A stretch of 64,000 nucleotides of DNA from assembly GCA_012295275.1 (NCBI GenBank), contig CM022665.1, positions 42,222,001 to 42,286,000 of the forward strand, read 5' to 3'. The notes under the pieces are model-generated. The model made no database searches and was not told where the DNA came from. It saw only the letters and a list, made by a program, of their open reading frames with translations. Source of the DNA: Chrysomallon squamiferum. Taxonomy: Eukaryota; Animalia; Mollusca. Below are positions 29,144 through 42,199 of this stretch, in pieces (position 1 is the stretch's first letter; each line of letters starts with the position of its first letter). A program made the translations under genes and the position numbers.

Positions 29144-30628
29144 TAATTAATTAATTAATTAATTATGTTTCTTTTTTTAATTTATTATTACTTATTTAGT
29201 TATATTTAGTTATTTTAGTTATTTTATTATTATTATTATTATCATTATTATAATCATCATTTACTTGTTTCATTATATACATACATCTTTATTTATGTTC
29301 TTCTTCTTATTATTAATTACTTAGTTACTATTATTTATTTATTTATTAATTATACTTTAATATACAGTAATCAGTGCATGTTAACTATTTTCTGGGATGT
29401 GGCCAAAACGTATAAGTCTACAAACTTATGTGTACATGTCTACATACTTATGTGTAACTCACTAACTGTCTACATATTTACTTGTACGTGTCTACACTTA
29501 AGTGAATTTGTCTACATATTTACATGGACATATCCATACTTATATATACCTGGCTACATAATCATGTGTCTGTATCTACACTCTCATGTATATGTATCTA
29601 CACTCTCATGTATATGTGTCTACATACACATGTCTACATACTTATGTGTATGTCTACATACTTGTGTACGTGTCTACAAACTTGTGTATGTCTACATACC
29701 TATGTGTACTCATGTATGTCACCACATACTCATGTGTGTACGTGTCCACATACTCGTGTAGATCTACATACCTACGTGTACACATTTGTCAACATGTCCA
29801 CACATCTGTCTACATGTCTACATACTCATGTGTACGTGTCTACATACTAATGTCTACATTTGTGTACGTGTGTACACACTGATGTCTACGTGTCTATGTA
29901 ATACAAAGTTATTAGCAGCTGAAAGGTCAGCTGTTTTCACAACAACTACGTGACACACAAGACAATATCCACATATCTAATTACAGCTTCCAAAACAAAA
30001 TCAGAACATAAATATTTCTGATTATAGTGTTGTTCTCAGAGAACACAACTGACAGTTTACGGAAATAATTATATCTCCAATACGAAAGACAGATCTGAAA
30101 GGATGATTGATCAAGAATGCAAATGTGACTGATCAATAATCAAGAATGTAAACCATATGTGTGCGTGTGTGCATGCATGCATATATGAGAGAACAAGATA
30201 ATTATACTGCTATTCATGATTTGAAAAAGTTGTGTTAATGTTAATTATCTTCTTTGACTGTTTGTTATTAAAAGATTTTATTTTTATTTTTTTATTTTAT
30301 TTTTTATTTGTTTTATTCTATTCTATTCTATTCCATTCCATTCCATTCAATTATTTATTTTTATTTAATTTAATTTAATTTTTTTTATTGGTATTCTGTT
30401 CATTTCATTATTTAAAAAACAAAGAAAAAGAAAAAGAAAATAAAGAACCGAAAAAAAGTCTGGTTATTATTCATTCATTCATTCATCAGTGAATATAGAA
30501 AATAATTTATCAGCATAAAATATTTACATGACTACAAATAATACATATTATATAAATCATAAGATGTTAAACGTTATTTTCTCAACCACATACATTAATT
30601 TGTGTAAGTGTGTATTTTCTGATGTAAT

Positions 30629-30686
<58 letters not shown>

Positions 30687-33238
30687 AATATAGATATATA
30701 ATTATGTATATAAAGCTATTTTTAAGATGAAAAGACAGGCACAGTCATATTTATTCCTATTTTCCAATATGCCTGAGGCTACATTTGCATAAACTATGAC
30801 TTGGCTTATTTCTTAATGGATATAATTTTTTTCTTCCTTTTTTTCTTCTTCTCAAAGTAATATTAATTTAATGTAGATTCTTTTTCTTTTTTTTTTTTTG
30901 TTTTGAATTTGAACTGAATCTTAATTTAAACTTCCATATATGTCCATTTTAATATCATTATCTTAAAATAACATAAAATAATATACAATAAAATAAAATA
31001 TAAATAATATAATATAATATAATATAATATAATATAATATAATATAATATAATATAATATAATATAATATAATATAATATAATATCATATCATATCATAT
31101 CATATCATATCATATCATATCATATCATATCATATCAAATGAAATGAAATGAAATGTACACTAGATTAAATATTAAATTAAACATGAGTACTTACAATCC
31201 TAACATCCATATATAATCTAAACCACACCCAGTTAACCATAAACAGATTAAATATTAATCTGTTGTCTTACTAATCCTATTAACAATGTTAATCCCATTA
31301 AATGACAGGTTTACATGGGTGTATCATTTCCCTAATAAGATGGTTTAAATAATAAAACAAATATCAAATCAGGTAAAAATATTAAACAGTTCAGAAATTT
31401 GGCTGAAAATTAGCTATATCATTTTTAGGCATATTTAAACAATTATAATAATTATACAAATTTACAAACCAATGGCACTGGAAGTCAAAAAATACCTGAA
31501 AACTTTCGTCTAAAAGTATATAAATTAAAATATATATATATATATATAACATTATTTATGACAAAAGTTATTTTAGTGTTGCTTTCTTTTATTTTTTATT
31601 TTATTTTTTTTAATTGGAAGGGTGGCTTTGGGGGATTTTTTATATCATTATTTTTTATTATTATTATTATTATTGTTTTTACTTTTTCTAATGAAATTAA
31701 AATATCCTATATTACTGCCGCTAAAAAAAAAAAAATAATAATAATAATTAAATAATAATTAAATAAATAAACTACAGGTTCCTTATTGTTATTTCCTAGC
31801 AAAGCAATGCCAAGATTTTGAATTAAAATATATTTTTAGTTGTTTGTTTGTAACCTCAAACATAAACAAGGAATTTTGTTATTGTTGTAAGACTTTTTAT
31901 TTTGTTACTGGAGGCAAATCCAGGATAATATATTTATTCTTTTTACAATATTTTGTTTATTTCCTTCTCTGCATTTTTTTCAAAATCCTAACGTATTTTC
32001 GTGGCAGACAATCCCTAGAGGCACAAAACCAATTACTAACTGAAAATGATTCACTCTGTGACCATTCCAAACAGAAAGTAAATTATTTTAGCTGTAGTTT
32101 GGCATAAACAACAAATACTGACTGAAGTATATAATAATAATAATAATACTAATAGTAATAATAATAATAATAATAATTATTATTATTATTATTGTTGTTG
32201 TTGTTGTTGTTGTTGCAGTTTTGGTTCAAGATTGTTATGTACAATATATACTGTGTCCATAACATTTAATAGTAAAAACAGTTATGATGATAATGGTAAT
32301 GATAATGATACATATTGTTATTATTATTATTATTATTATTATGTCAATAACCTTCAATAAAATATAACAATTATTGCTATAATTATTGTTACAGTAAATA
32401 TGTATTCATATTCTGAAAAAAAAAATGTTTTGTTACAATTTATCAGCAAATGTATCTGTTTTATTTTTTTTATTTACATATAAATATACAAAATAAAATG
32501 ATTGGAAAAATAAAACAAATGATCTTGAAGAATGGCAGAAACAAACACATGAACTCATTTTACTTTTAGTGTGAAAATGAGAGTAATTAGGGTGGTAATG
32601 AAAAATAAGCTTTAGTAAAATTTCTGTTCAACATATAGTTATAAAACAGAATGTTAGTTCTTCCCACTTGAAACAGTAATACAATTACAAAAAGAATAAA
32701 TATGAAATAATATAGTTTAATATATAAATAAATAAACAAAATGGGAGGGAGGGAGGTGAGATAACTAAAACCACAATTACTGAAACTGACATAAAAATAT
32801 ACATTTAATTTAGAAAAACTTGTATGCATGTATTTCAATATCCACTGACATAATTTGTTAAATTTTGGAATATTGTTCAAATGAACCTAAAACTAATTAT
32901 TGTAGTTAATTTTCATCTTAATTTCTAAATTTGTTAAATATTTGTTTTGTATTTAAAGCATCAAGTATTTGATAAAATATGAATGTAAAAACATAAAAAA
33001 AAAAAAAAAAAAAATCAACTGTTATAAGAAAAAATCCATACTGATGTACATCACTGTATTTATTTCATCAATATTTGTATCATTTTATGTTGATTTAATA
33101 AGTTTATCAATGTTGATTACTTAATAACATAATTATTAGTTTTTCATTATTACTTATTATTACTTGTTTTTGAAATATTACTTCTTCATTATTACTAAAT
33201 TAGTAGTAATTGTATTAATAATTATTATGATTATTATA

Positions 33239-33294
<56 letters not shown>

Positions 33295-33775
33295 ACACTT
33301 ACCTGGGTCTCTCAGTATCCCGAACTTTGTAAGTGAACTGGTAGCCAGAAATAACATTGGAAGGGTTATCTTCATCAATACACAACTGACCTCTTTTACA
33401 AGGAACTTTACGTAAAAAGTCCTGCACTCCTTGAGGCGCGCACGCGACATCGAATGCTAAAGTGTCTATTTTATTAAACATTTTCGGACACGCTTCGGTT
33501 GTTGGCAACGTCCTGTTACCATAAAACTGAATAAAATATTCACTATCTACTACAACTAGTTGCAGATTCGTAGTATAATTTGATTTTGTGGTTATATTTC
33601 CATATATCACTCCTTGAGTGTGAATTAATTTCTCTGGGTCCGTTTTCTGAAAACCGAATTTCGTAAGAAACAGAAAAAAATCGGTACTTTTCCATCGTCC
33701 TTGTAAATGTAAGCTTTCACTGACTGACGGATATAAACTAAGTATGATAAATAAAGCATTTATTCTTATTTCCAT
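20924..33775 (-). CDS. GPR180/TMEM145-family protein (luminal GOLD-like domain + 7TM), ~535 aa
   Basis: Exons 33303-33775, 24678-25215, 22673-22928, 22022-22147, 20924-21138 (1608 nt, consistent phases). Signal peptide, then FFLFLTKFGFQKT, RFWYISVVSC, NPFEHQFSFE, LLLVAKGWQIT, YPGYL and FLVWFVHLP. Resembles the invertebrate GPR180-like (CG9304-type) group; exact orthology not resolved. Confidence 0.9.
21211..21352 (+). mobile_element. Probable decayed 3' fragment of a non-LTR retrotransposon (RTE-like) in the last intron of the GPR180-like gene
   Basis: GC-richer island. The + frame reads ...QTEMAKDRNKW..., resembling the A-x-D-R-x-x-W motif at the end of RTE-type RT ORFs. Confidence 0.35.
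22949..23470. repeat. 60-bp tandem repeat (~3.3 near-perfect copies to ~23150) decaying into shorter degenerate units
   Basis: Lines starting at 22981, 23041 and 23101 are nearly identical (GTAATTTGAATCTTAATTCTTAACAATATGAAATATTAAT...). Related TTTGAATC/GTTAATTCAAGAT units follow. Confidence 0.85.
24035..24560. repeat. Degenerate AT-rich minisatellite (~29-45 bp units)
   Basis: Recurrent GAATTCTCATATTTTAAATGGATCATG and GAATTTTCATTAATGAATGCTATTAATGTTAAATGGATG. Confidence 0.75.
27640..28080. repeat. Compound (GA)n/(TG)n microsatellite mosaic with an internal duplication
   Basis: Two blocks of GA run + AAACAGACC..TACAGTACATGGTG + TG-rich tract. Confidence 0.85.
29410..29900. repeat. Degenerate ~22-24-bp minisatellite
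   Basis: Repeated TGTCTACATACT(T/C)ATGTGTA(C/T)G variants. Confidence 0.85.
30987..31155. repeat. Compound pentanucleotide microsatellite (AAATA)n-(AATAT)n-(CATAT)n-(GAAAT)n
   Basis: Directly visible stepwise change of the 5-bp unit. Confidence 0.9.
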
Positions 33776-33800
33776 AATTAGTAACACGATTTTTCACCAT

Positions 33801-33990
33801 GCCGATAAAAATTCTGTAAATCGCATGAAAACATGCTCAGATACTTCTCGCACCTTTCCACTGTCATCCATGTTTACCACGGGTCATGTGACATCAACTT
33901 CCGGGTACTGGTAGTGATGACGAATTTCTTCCGAATTAAAGCCACATTAATTAATCATTTCGACATTTTTGCGTTTACGTCGCAGTTTTT
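33801..33990 (-). promoter_or_regulatory. Putative promoter of the GPR180-like gene
   Basis: CpG-richer segment just upstream of the ATG, with GTCATGTGAC (E-box/CLEAR-like, 33883-33892) and ACTTCCGG (ETS-like, 33897-33904). Confidence 0.5.
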
Positions 33991-34950
33991 TTCTGGACAA
34001 GAGCTAAAAGAAAAAGAAATCAGGTTAAATCATGACTTTCCTCGTGGATAGTTTTTTTTTTACATTATTTTAATAAAAAATGAAATGTTTTATTTTGCAT
34101 GGATACTTAAACGTCATGTTTAAAAATAAGTTGTCAGTTAATCAATTTATTTTATTTTATTTTATTTTATTTGTCTGAAAATTAAATGTGTTAGTATATA
34201 ATGTTATTGTACAACATGCCAGATTTAGTAAAAAAAAAAATTAGAACAAAAAAGTGGTATGCGTTTTCCATTAAGCACGTGCTTATAATGAATGATGAAT
34301 AAATAAAAAGTGATTTTGATTAATATATTAATAAATAAGTCTTAAAAATAAAAAAAGCATAAAATTATTATAATTACCGTTGTTTATAAAACGAAATAAA
34401 TATTAAAGTGAAAATTAAAGCCGTAAATATAAGGGCGGGATATCAAAATCAGAGTATTTGTAATGCTTATTAAACAAAGAGACGGAATGACGATTTATAA
34501 AATGGCGGACTAAGATAACATATAACGAAGGAAATGTATCATTTATATGACAATCAATTGTATAAATGGGTGTAGAAATATATTTTTACTCGCTAAAACA
34601 GACGAGCCTGCATGGCTTAAAGTAAGTTATCACTGATGAACAATTAGTTATCAAAATATTGTTCATAATTATAGAAATATGCCATGAAGTCGCTGAAAAT
34701 GTCTAAAGTTTTTATAAAATACTTCAAGATGAATTATTATGCGTTAAAGTTGAGTGTATAAATTATTTACTTATTTATTTATTTTATTTTTCTATTTGAC
34801 ATCTGAACAATCAAATTTTAATTATTTTGGGGAAAAAAAAACATAATTAGAGTTATTTTTTTATTTATTTATTAAATTTATAATAATAACAACAACAACA
34901 ACGACGACGATAAGAATAATAATTAGTATTATTGTTGTTGTTTTGTTTTG

Positions 34951-35007
<57 letters not shown>

Positions 35008-37479
35008 TAATGCAACAGCTATATATAAAAGTAAAATAAACTCAGGTTATTCTTTCCTACCTCAAAGAAATAAACGTTTCAGTATTGTACATAGACATAT
35101 ATCTACCTTTTACACAGTATGTAACTTTCGCTGTTCTCAACGGTAATCCGTCTGCTCACAAACAAAATGAAATTGACACCAACACGTTTGTAAGAAGTGC
35201 AGACTCAAAAATAGCTACTAATACGTCTAGAGATCCAAAGTTTTAATTTTCAAATTTTTTTTCTTTCTTTCTTTCTTTCATCTATCGTCTGTTTTCAGTT
35301 TTATTTAAACAGCGAAGATAATCAAATTATTCTGCGAGTAAGTTACAGAACGTTCCACGTCAAAAACCATTACGCAATAGGCGTCCGTCTGCTTTCAATC
35401 ACGTTTGCAACAGAGTCAAAGAAGCCAAGTAAGTTGGACTTTATTCGAACAATATCCGTATATCTATTTCAGTAATATGTGTATTTACATAAATAATCAA
35501 TACATACAAGTGAAGTTCGACAGATTTGATATCTTTGTATGTTTTATATCAAACCGTAGAACAGAAAATCACGTGTTTATCAAAACTGAGTTGGACAGAT
35601 GCTAACGTTAAAGGTACTGGATTGTTTTTTTTTTGTGTTTTTTTTTTATTTTATTTTTTTATTTTTTTTTTTTTTTTTTTTTTTTTTGTTATTTATTTAT
35701 TTATGTGAATTAAATATTTGAATAACTGCTTTCAAAATGTTTTTGTTTGTTTTGAATAAATGAATTATCCTCTTAACAATACCTCGGTTAGACGTAACGA
35801 GAAACAAATTATAAACAAATTCCTTCAGAATATCTGTATATATCCTGTCTGCTATTTCTAAACGTGTTACGTAAATAAATCAGTTAACTGATTATTCAGC
35901 AGATAAATAAATAACTACAAAAACTAACAAAACTAATGAAAAAAAAAAAAAAAAGAAAGAAAAAAAAAAAGAAAGAAATTATCAAAATAACACAACAAAA
36001 AAAAAAAAAAGGACACAAACAAAGCATTTTTATCGAGCTAGATATTAAAGTGTAAAATATTACTCGACAAAATGCCGTTGCATTCTGGTGGAAGTATCCT
36101 TTTAGTTTCAGTGTTGAACATTTCTATCCAGCAGTGGCGACTGTTATTCATCATTTCAACTTCGCTCTCTTTGACAGCATAAAATGGCTCGTTTCAGATT
36201 TTATAAGGGATGCGAAAAATAGCGAAATTTTCACAAACAATTTCATAATGTTTCTGGATTACCTAATTTTTGGTGATTGAATACGAGAACCTCGTTATGT
36301 AGTTACTTAAAGTAACCAAATCATTCAACATGTAAAGAAGTTCTTCCAAATAGTAACTTTATTTATATTTCAGTAAAGTTCGGAACTCGTCAAATAAATA
36401 AGTTAGAAAAAATAAAGTCCCATGCATATGCACAAATGCAAATAAACACAGTCAGTCAACCAGAACAAGAAAAACAATATCTGTAAAGTAGGTCAATTGC
36501 ACTTTAAATTCATGGCCGTAACTGACACAACCGTCAAATATGTTTAGAAATGCGGTTTTATGTATTTTTAGAAATATTTTATGTATGCATAAAAATGACG
36601 TCTATTGCTCTATACCGAAGGAAACGTTGTTAGAATAATCGACAGTTATTTTATCTCAACTGCAGAAACATGACAATAAAAGATTTTGTTGTCGTGATGG
36701 TTGCTATTGATTGTTTTCATACAGAGTGATGACATATTCTGCTCAGTACTATTTTGAATGCATTTTCCCATTCCACCAATTTATCAGATTTCTTTTTCTT
36801 TTTAAAATTTTTAAATTTGATTGTTGTTCTGGTTATTTTAGTTCTTTGGTGTCTTCTTCTTCTTCTTCTATATAATCTTGACATGCATATCATTTTTTTA
36901 ATTAAAATATCATTAGGATGTGTAGCAGGTGTTTTCTTGTCTAAAATCATTGCAATACAAAACACAAAATAATAAGACTATTAATAATAGAACTAACAAA
37001 ACATCATCATTTATTACCAGTACTTATTAAAAGTTCATATTTGGAAGATTTCGTTGAATATTTACGAATGTCGTAGTAATAGCTATTGTTATTAGAAAAG
37101 ATCAGAGAGACTGTACACTTTAATTTTGTGACTGATTCAAATAGTTTACTATTTATTTATTTATTTATTTATTATCGTTTTATTTTAATAATAATGATAT
37201 TATTATTAATAACAACAACAACAACAATGATGATAATAATAGTAACAAAAACAATAGTAACAATAATAATAAATGAATATGTAAACAATACACAAAAATC
37301 AACAATATATTGACAAAGTGTTACTAAACATTGTTTCATTATAACTGCGTACCAAATTTCCAGACGAAATTATACAAATCATATATACAGAAAAAAAAAA
37401 AAAAAAAAGGACAATTCTATTTATTTGTATGTATTTGTTTTCATAATCTAATATGAATATAATGTTATGTAGACATTAT

Positions 37480-38220
37480 GTACACATTCACATATAGACA
37501 CACTGTCATCATACACACATGTATTTACGTACACACACACGCATATACATACACATAGATAATTGTACTTTATATAAATACACATACACAAACATAATAA
37601 GATACATAGATAATTACATATATAAACACACAAACAATATTACATTGTACATACAAACACAAATTAAATGCATAAAAAGAAAAATAGATACACAAAAACA
37701 CTCACGTACACATGTGCATTAATATATATGTACACACAAATACAGAAATACACAATCAAAAAAACACATATTTTATACGCATTAATCCATACTCACAAAC
37801 ATGCACACTAAGATACGCACATCAAAATATATAAATAAGTATGCAGTCACATATAAATATGTAAACATATGCATGTATATATACACAAACATACATACAC
37901 TAACGTGCATGCATGCACATACACGAACACACAAAGAAACATAACTGTTGGTATAAAAAATTACATACAAACGCGCACATACAAAAACAGAAGATTCGCG
38001 CACGCGCGCTTTCGGAACGCACCTACGCATATATATTTACGCACGTATACACACACACACATACGTACGTTATATTTACATATATGAACACACACACACA
38101 CACAGAGAGATACGTACATTATATTTACATATATGTACACACACATGCACACATATACATATCCACACTCAAAGAAACATTAATAGACAAACACATATAC
38201 GTACACATATACCACATCTG
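37480..38220. repeat. Degenerate (CA/TA)-rich low-complexity tract
   Basis: ACAC/ATAC alternation; source of spurious H/T/Y- and C/V-rich ORFs. Confidence 0.8.
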
Positions 38221-39521
38221 AAACAAACAAACAAACAAAAAAAAAACAACACGGACATGCAAATACACATAATTTCGTAATGTAAGGTAAATGGTCGTTT
38301 CAAATTTACCCTTAATCCTCTAATCCTCTGCTTGTTTTAAACTAACTTGCCCAACCTCCCATACCTAATAAACTTAAATATGATTCCCCATCCACCGGGA
38401 ACGAACCTTATTATGATCTTTAATCAACTACTTCAGATCAAGTCTTGTGGATTCATCTCCATTATAAATATTAGACATATTATATCTGTAAAAATATATA
38501 ACAAAACATTGACCATGATGAATTTGTAGGCTTACGTTCTAAAGATTACTTTTTATCTCGTTATTAAACACGTTTTATTTATTTGACATTTTCTGCTGGA
38601 ATATTCGTCATATCAATCAATAACAACGATTTTGGTTTGCTTTATTAAAAATTTTTTTTTTTTTTTTTTTTTTTTGTTCTGTGGCTTCTTTCACTGCATT
38701 AAAGGAATGAAACGTTTGATAATTCAACAACGCAGCTTGAGTTAAAACACTGATAAGGTATCGAAAAAAAAAAAAAAAAAAAAAAAAAAAAGAAGATGAA
38801 AAATGAAGAAAATGAAGAAGAATGATGATTATGATGAGTTGGAAGATTTACGTGAAATTTCATCAATAGCTTATAAAAAATGAAGAAACATTTAAAAGCA
38901 AGATCACATAATTTATAATATATATTTTTTTTTAAATTTATTTATACGTTTTTTATGAATTATTTTTATGTTAGCTGAAACACACAATAATGTATATACA
39001 TAATAAATTAGAACACACACAAGGAGGAATGTAAGATCCGCAGATTCTCGTCTTTAGTTAAACAGGGAATAGGTTTACTTGTGTAAAAAAAATCTATATT
39101 ATTGTTTTTCATACACACAATCAAATTGGCTTTCTGTGCATTACGTGACACTACACTGCACTACATGTTCTTGCATTATTTATGTTATCTTTCTGCTGTA
39201 ACGATTTTTTAAAGTGAAGTTAAAAAAAAATTCTGAGTTAAATAATTAAGAGCTTAATGCATCAAAAAGAAATAAATAAAACATTACAAATAATTTTTAT
39301 TTTTTTATTTAATTTTTTTTTTTTTTTTTTAAATGCATTATACATTTCCTTTCATACTGTAAAACAAGAAAAGAAAAAAAGACTGCAACAAAAATTAGAA
39401 ATATATAACAAATAAATAAATAAATTTGATTAGTTTTCACAATTAATTTAGTAAGAACAAAACCAGTGCTATTATTATCTGTTAGACTCGTGAAGTATTT
39501 CTGACTAAAGGCTAATATCGG

Positions 39522-39553
<32 letters not shown>

Positions 39554-40489
39554 TCTGTCACAATGTTTCTGCTGTATTAATTTAACAATACATTCGTTCA
39601 TGTAAACCATATTGTTGAATATCATTAGCGGCCCAGAATACAGTATTCCCTTAATAAAACAAAACATAGGATGTCATCGTTTATTTTGATGTTATCTGTA
39701 ACGATATTCTGCAGAATCAATATGCGCAGGTGTTGTACGTGTAACAGACATATATTACAGACGAACAATTATTCACAATACGTATGGTATCTAGCTGTGT
39801 CTTCTATCAGTTTAGATATTTCGGTATCGATTTTAACGAGCGTTAGTTCACAGTTGTTTATACCAGCAGTTTAAATTTGTCGTACGTCAAGTCAAATCCT
39901 CTGTCGTTTCTTATCCGATTATGAATCTCAAGTTCGTGAGATACGCGTCCTGACAGTTTTTATCCGTTAACGGAGCAAATTTGTACGTGTCGAGGCAAAT
40001 GATACAACCCCACTGCGTAATCGGTCCAGGTCACGTGACAGTAAGCGAGCAGTAAATGCGATTGGTTTACAACCCACACACGAAAACAGAAGAAGCAAAA
40101 AAAAATTGTGGGAAATGTCTGCATTCACGATAAATTAGAAACCGTACATTACTTTGTCTTTAAAAAATAATTTCTTTCTTCTTCGTAAGTATTTTATAGT
40201 TTTTTAAAGATAGCTTTAACAAAGCAATAAACACTTTCTGTGGGTTTTGTTGATTGATCATTGTTGTTGGTTGCTGTAACAAATTTATTATTTCGTATTT
40301 TGAACAAAAGTTACAAAAAAAAACAACAACACACAAAACAATTTAAATGATAATAATAATAAAATAAAAACACCTACTTTATTACAACTTGCAAAACTGA
40401 TATCTCAGCTTAAACTTTCTGAATGATAAGAAAACCCAAACCAAAGCTTTTGGATTTCAAAGTCGTTATTTCAAAAGTTTAAAGTTAAG

Positions 40490-41140
40490 GCTTATCACCG
40501 TAGCTAAAATCACTGCAGTGGTAAATTCAGGGCCACATTTACCTATAAAGCTGAAAAGAGCATTGCAAAGATACTCCCAGTCTGATGTGGGCCTCGATGA
40601 CTTCAGACATCCATAAAATGTATCATATTTACACATGCTAAACAAATTTCATTTTTACGCTTCTTAAATAAGGCCTCGTTGTCAGAGCAACCCTGCACTG
40701 CATAAAAACGATTTATTATAATTACTTAATACTACCATCACGTAAATAAATACGTGTTATTCTTGTTTAAAAGGGCCTCGCAGTGAGACAGGGCCTCCAT
40801 AAATTTCAGTTCGACTGTTGCACAGGATACTTTCACGTTTACATTTATTAAAAAGCGCCTCACAGAGTGGGCTCTATGAATTTCAGTACAGTTACTATAA
40901 AACGTTTTTATCTGTTTATGCTTGTTCAGGAGGGTTTTAGAGTGAGATAGGACCAGTGTATTTTCTTTCAGTCGTTACAAAATACTGTCACGTTTTTATT
41001 TGTTAAATAGGGCATGAAGGGCAGAGTGGCTCTATGGATTTCAGTTGAGTTATTACAAAACATTATTCTTTTTACATTTTTTTTTTATGACCTTACAGTA
41101 AGATGCGTCCTCCATAAATTTTATTTGAGTTGTTACCTAA
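40490..41140. repeat. Highly degenerate tandem repeat (roughly 60-70-bp units)
   Basis: Recurrent GGGCCTC...AATTTCAGT...CAAAATACT..CACGTTT motifs. Confidence 0.5.
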
Positions 41141-41505
41141 TATTATTTTATTATATTGTATTACTTAATTTGAAACCAATGAGATTTTCCACAGCACCTA
41201 ATTCCAGCTCTGGGTATACAGTGTGGCACACAACAACAAGCTAAAACTGGACTACGTTTTCTTTTCTTCAAAGTAATCGTATTATTTCTTACTCAACACA
41301 ATTTTTGTTTCGCTGTCAATAAAATGAGATAATTAATTACACGAAAATCCTTTGCTGATGTTTTGAAGCAGACGTTGTTTCTTTAATTGTTTTATATGGA
41401 ATCATTTCATACTCAGAAACGCTCCTATCAAGTAATTAAATAAAACCCTTATTTCTATATATGAAATGACGTCACGAAATTATTATTATTATTTTTTTTT
41501 TTTTA

Positions 41506-41617
41506 AAAAGGAGCCCACATATCTTTCCCTCGATAACGACATGGGAGCCGCTTGACAAAGGGCTTTCGATGCAGTGATCCAGCTGATAGTCACTGGAAGA
41601 TGGCGTGGGCTCCTTTT
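41506..41617. mobile_element. 112-bp inverted-repeat-bounded insert carrying a copy of zinc-finger exon sequence
   Basis: AAAAGGAGCCCAC (41506-41518) and GTGGGCTCCTTTT (41605-41617) are a perfect 13-bp inverted repeat with TTAA outside each end. Interior 41526-41606 matches 43169-43249 at 77/81. Confidence 0.55.
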
Positions 41618-42199
41618 AATTTGAGCCATTAAATATTCATTTTGAAAAATATTCAGCGTCCCAAACTGCTTTTTTTTTTTGGTAGCGTAAACCAAAAATA
41701 TTCAAATTTCAGCTTTTAACTGAAGGAAAACGTGTACTTGATCATTAGCTTTTGAAGTAAGATTAAAAAATACGCTTCAATACAAATCAATCTTTTATTT
41801 AACATGCCAGTCGCCCAAAAGGAACTTTGGTCGCATTTGGCGACCTGGCGACTGGCCGTTCCGAACCCTGTTATTGTCATACTTTATTACAAAAAAAGGT
41901 TGAGTAACAAACAAAACAATTACGTGCAGCTGATATGTCTGGACTGTGCAAGGCACGTATCTTTAACTTTGAGATAACAAAAAAAAAAAAAATAATAATA
42001 ATAATAAAAGGCAATGATATGGCAAAAATATTTCACACCATCATTCCCTATAGTTGATGCCAACATTAGGCATACTCAGTGGCTTCCAAGAATATTTCTT
42101 TGCAGTAACGTTGTTGTATTCCTGCATTACCCTGTCACAACCACTTAAAGAACGTATTTTGTGGAAGATGAATATCCTTTTTTTACCGTTTCCACAAGG

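Noticed and set aside
27585-29882. ORFs rich in ER, SL, CV or HT repeats (also at 1600, 37448-38221 and 60169-61276)
   Set aside because: Translations of micro- and minisatellites.
41808-41870. GC-rich GGTCGC/GCGAC palindromic patch ending GAACCCTG
   Set aside because: Probably one end of a small DNA transposon, but no partner end or target-site duplication was found.
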